Virus record (IMG/VR): IMGVR_UViG_3300017909_004107
Location: 56,974-120,973 of that record
Strand: one strand, 5' to 3'
Source: a virus
Taxonomy: Duplodnaviria > Caudoviricetes
Length of the DNA: 64,000 nt
Positions within the stretch are counted from its first letter, which is position 1. Each line of letters opens with the position of its first letter. The notes beneath the pieces are model-generated. The model saw only the letters and a list, made by a program, of their open reading frames with translations. It was not told where the DNA came from and ran no database searches. The translations under genes and the position numbers were made by a program. Shown here in pieces: positions 62,327 through 64,000 of this stretch.

Positions 62327-62736
62327 TGGAAAACTTTGATGAGTTAGAAAAAGCAATGAATGTGAAGACAGAAATAGTCAAAGAGACTAAATCTGTCAAA
62401 GTCAAACCTGTTAAGAATGATGGTGATGATCCTCAAAAAGATTACGAATATAGCAGAGCACAATTATATAATCTTGTAGAGAAGGGTCAGGAGGCAATAA
62501 ATGGTATACTAGATGTATGTCAAGATTCACAACATCCTAGGGCATATGAAGTTGCAGGTCAATTGATAAAAAGTGTGGCAGATACCACAGATAAACTTAT
62601 CGATTTACAAAAGAAAATGGTTGAGTTAGAAAAACCAACAGGGTCTAGTCCAAAGACTGTAAATAACTCAGTATTCATTGGTAGCACTGCAGATCTTCAA
62701 AAGATTATCAAGCAAGGAAATATAAATAAGAAATAG
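62326..62736 (+). CDS. gp16: terminase small subunit gp16
   Basis: DYEYSR, HPRAYEV, VFIGSTADLQK. Confidence 0.92.
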   Translation: MENFDELEKAMNVKTEIVKETKSVKVKPVKNDGDDPQKDYEYSRAQLYNLVEKGQEAINGILDVCQDSQHPRAYEVAGQLIKSVADTTDKLIDLQKKMVELEKPTGSSPKTVNNSVFIGSTADLQKIIKQGNINKK

Positions 62737-62749
62737 CGATCAATATAAT

Positions 62750-64000
62750 ATGGCCAAGTCTTGCCCGAAGGGACAATATTATTGCTACACTGATAAGAAG
62801 TGTAAAAAAATACCGAAAGGGTATGTGATCGGTGCTCGCGGTTATTTGCGACAAGAACCAGAAGATGATGATTCTAAAAAAAATGGTAATGGGAACGGTA
62901 ACGGACACTCTAAGTCAAATGGGAGTGGTGGGAATGGTGGTGGAAATGGTAACGGTGGCAATGGTGGTAATGGTGGTGGTGGTGGCATGTCTGAAGCGAC
63001 GATGACATCATCTCAAAAAAGAAAGGACACGATGCTGAAGAAAAAATATGATGACTCAGATATGAAAAAGAATATGAAAAAACAATATGGTAAAGAAGAG
63101 GGTGAAAAAGTTTATTATGCAACAATAAGAAAGCAGGCGATGGAACAAAGAAATCCTAATACTGGATTACCGATGGGTTTAAAAAGCACCAGTGATACAA
63201 AGACAGATAAAAAGATGAAGAAAGTTCCATACGAAATGCTTCGTGCACATCTTGAGATACCCGTGACTGACATACAAGTGTCAAGTATGGATGAATTGAC
63301 TGATTATAGGTCATTTGCTGCAGCAGCACAGGAAGCAAGAGATAAAAAGGCGAAGAGAAGAGAAGAAAAACAAAAAGCAGATAAGGAATATATGGCAAAG
63401 AAAAAGGAGAGAGTGCAGAAAGGTATAAAATTCTATGATACGAAAGGAAAAGGATATGTAAAGGGGGGAGTCAAAACATATGAAGAGACTCTTGATGAAA
63501 TAAGTCCTGCTAATCCTGCTAGAATCAAGAGACCTAATCCATATTCATTAAGTAAAAAACTCAAGATGATAATTAGATCTATTGGTGCCGGTCCTATCAG
63601 GGAGAAAAAATTATTTCCAGATGGTTTCTTAGATAAGTATAAAAATCTAGACCCTACTAACATTAGCGACTATAAGAAATTGAAACAACTTCTTAGACAA
63701 CAAAATAATAAAAAAGTGATGGTGGATGTAAATCCTAATGTTCAGACAGAAGGGACATTACATAAATGGTTTAAGGGATCTAAATCAAAAGATGGTAAAC
63801 CCGGTTGGGTAAACGTCAAGACAGGAGGCACCTGTGCTAGTGACGAACCCGGAGAAGGCACACCTAAATGTGTTTCATCTTCTAAGAGAGCAAGTATGAC
63901 AAAAGCAGAAAGATTATCTGCTGCACGTCGCAAGAAAAAAGCAGACCCCGGACAGCAATCAAAATCTGGTGCTGCGAAACCTACATATGTTAGTACTGAT
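62750..64000 (+). CDS. basic multi-module late protein, 3'-truncated (not in ORF track); probable head-internal protein
   Basis: Open from ATG 62750 to the window end (417 codons); TATAAATA at 62721; CPKGQYYC, Gly/Asn linker, EGTLHKWF...WVNVKTGGTC. Confidence 0.75.
   Translation, partial: MAKSCPKGQYYCYTDKKCKKIPKGYVIGARGYLRQEPEDDDSKKNGNGNGNGHSKSNGSGGNGGGNGNGGNGGNGGGGGMSEATMTSSQKRKDTMLKKKYDDSDMKKNMKKQYGKEEGEKVYYATIRKQAMEQRNPNTGLPMGLKSTSDTKTDKKMKKVPYEMLRAHLEIPVTDIQVSSMDELTDYRSFAAAAQEARDKKAKRREEKQKADKEYMAKKKERVQKGIKFYDTKGKGYVKGGVKTYEETLDEISPANPARIKRPNPYSLSKKLKMIIRSIGAGPIREKKLFPDGFLDKYKNLDPTNISDYKKLKQLLRQQNNKKVMVDVNPNVQTEGTLHKWFKGSKSKDGKPGWVNVKTGGTCASDEPGEGTPKCVSSSKRASMTKAERLSAARRKKKADPGQQSKSGAAKPTYVSTD

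Noticed and set aside
1-64000. tRNA/rRNA genes and photosynthesis genes (psbA, hli)
   Set aside because: None recognised by eye; tRNAscan-SE was not run.

Overview
A 64-kb segment of an AT-rich T4-like cyanobacterial myophage (Kyanoviridae; Prochlorococcus/Synechococcus-type, resembling P-SSM2 in gene content). 1-3.4 kb: nucleotide-sugar genes (ugd, SIS-HAD fusion, kdsB-like). 3.4-14.4 kb: a + strand block of probable early genes (VWA/HExxH protein, cobS-type MoxR ATPase, nuclease-methylase pair, about 20 small proteins) built from repeated promoter cassettes. These cassettes come in three types: a 22-bp palindrome 30 nt before the -10; NtcA-type GTA-N8-TAC-N22-TATAAT; and consensus TTGACA-TATAAT. 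Most have (AATC)n leaders. 14.4-14.9 kb: a promoter-bearing non-coding region at the strand switch. 14.9-26 kb: accessory genes (2OG-Fe(II) oxygenases, sulfotransferases, DUF3310, a second nuclease-methylase pair, HNH, glycosyltransferase). 26-64 kb: structural module (gp25, gp6, gp7, gp8, VrlC-like, repetitive tail fibre, gp13-gp16, internal head proteins). Most striking observations: (1) a 5' hairpin at 7425-7462 whose loop (UUGAUUGAU) is the antisense of the AUCAAUCAA motif found before more than a dozen early start codons, upstream of a KTSC-like gene, which suggests an RNA-based regulator of the early regulon; (2) no TTAA across 11.7 kb covering the early block; (3) four exactly spaced NtcA-type promoters; (4) avoidance of CCWGG that forces Pro-Gly codon choice. 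All counts are by-eye scans; no database searches were run.
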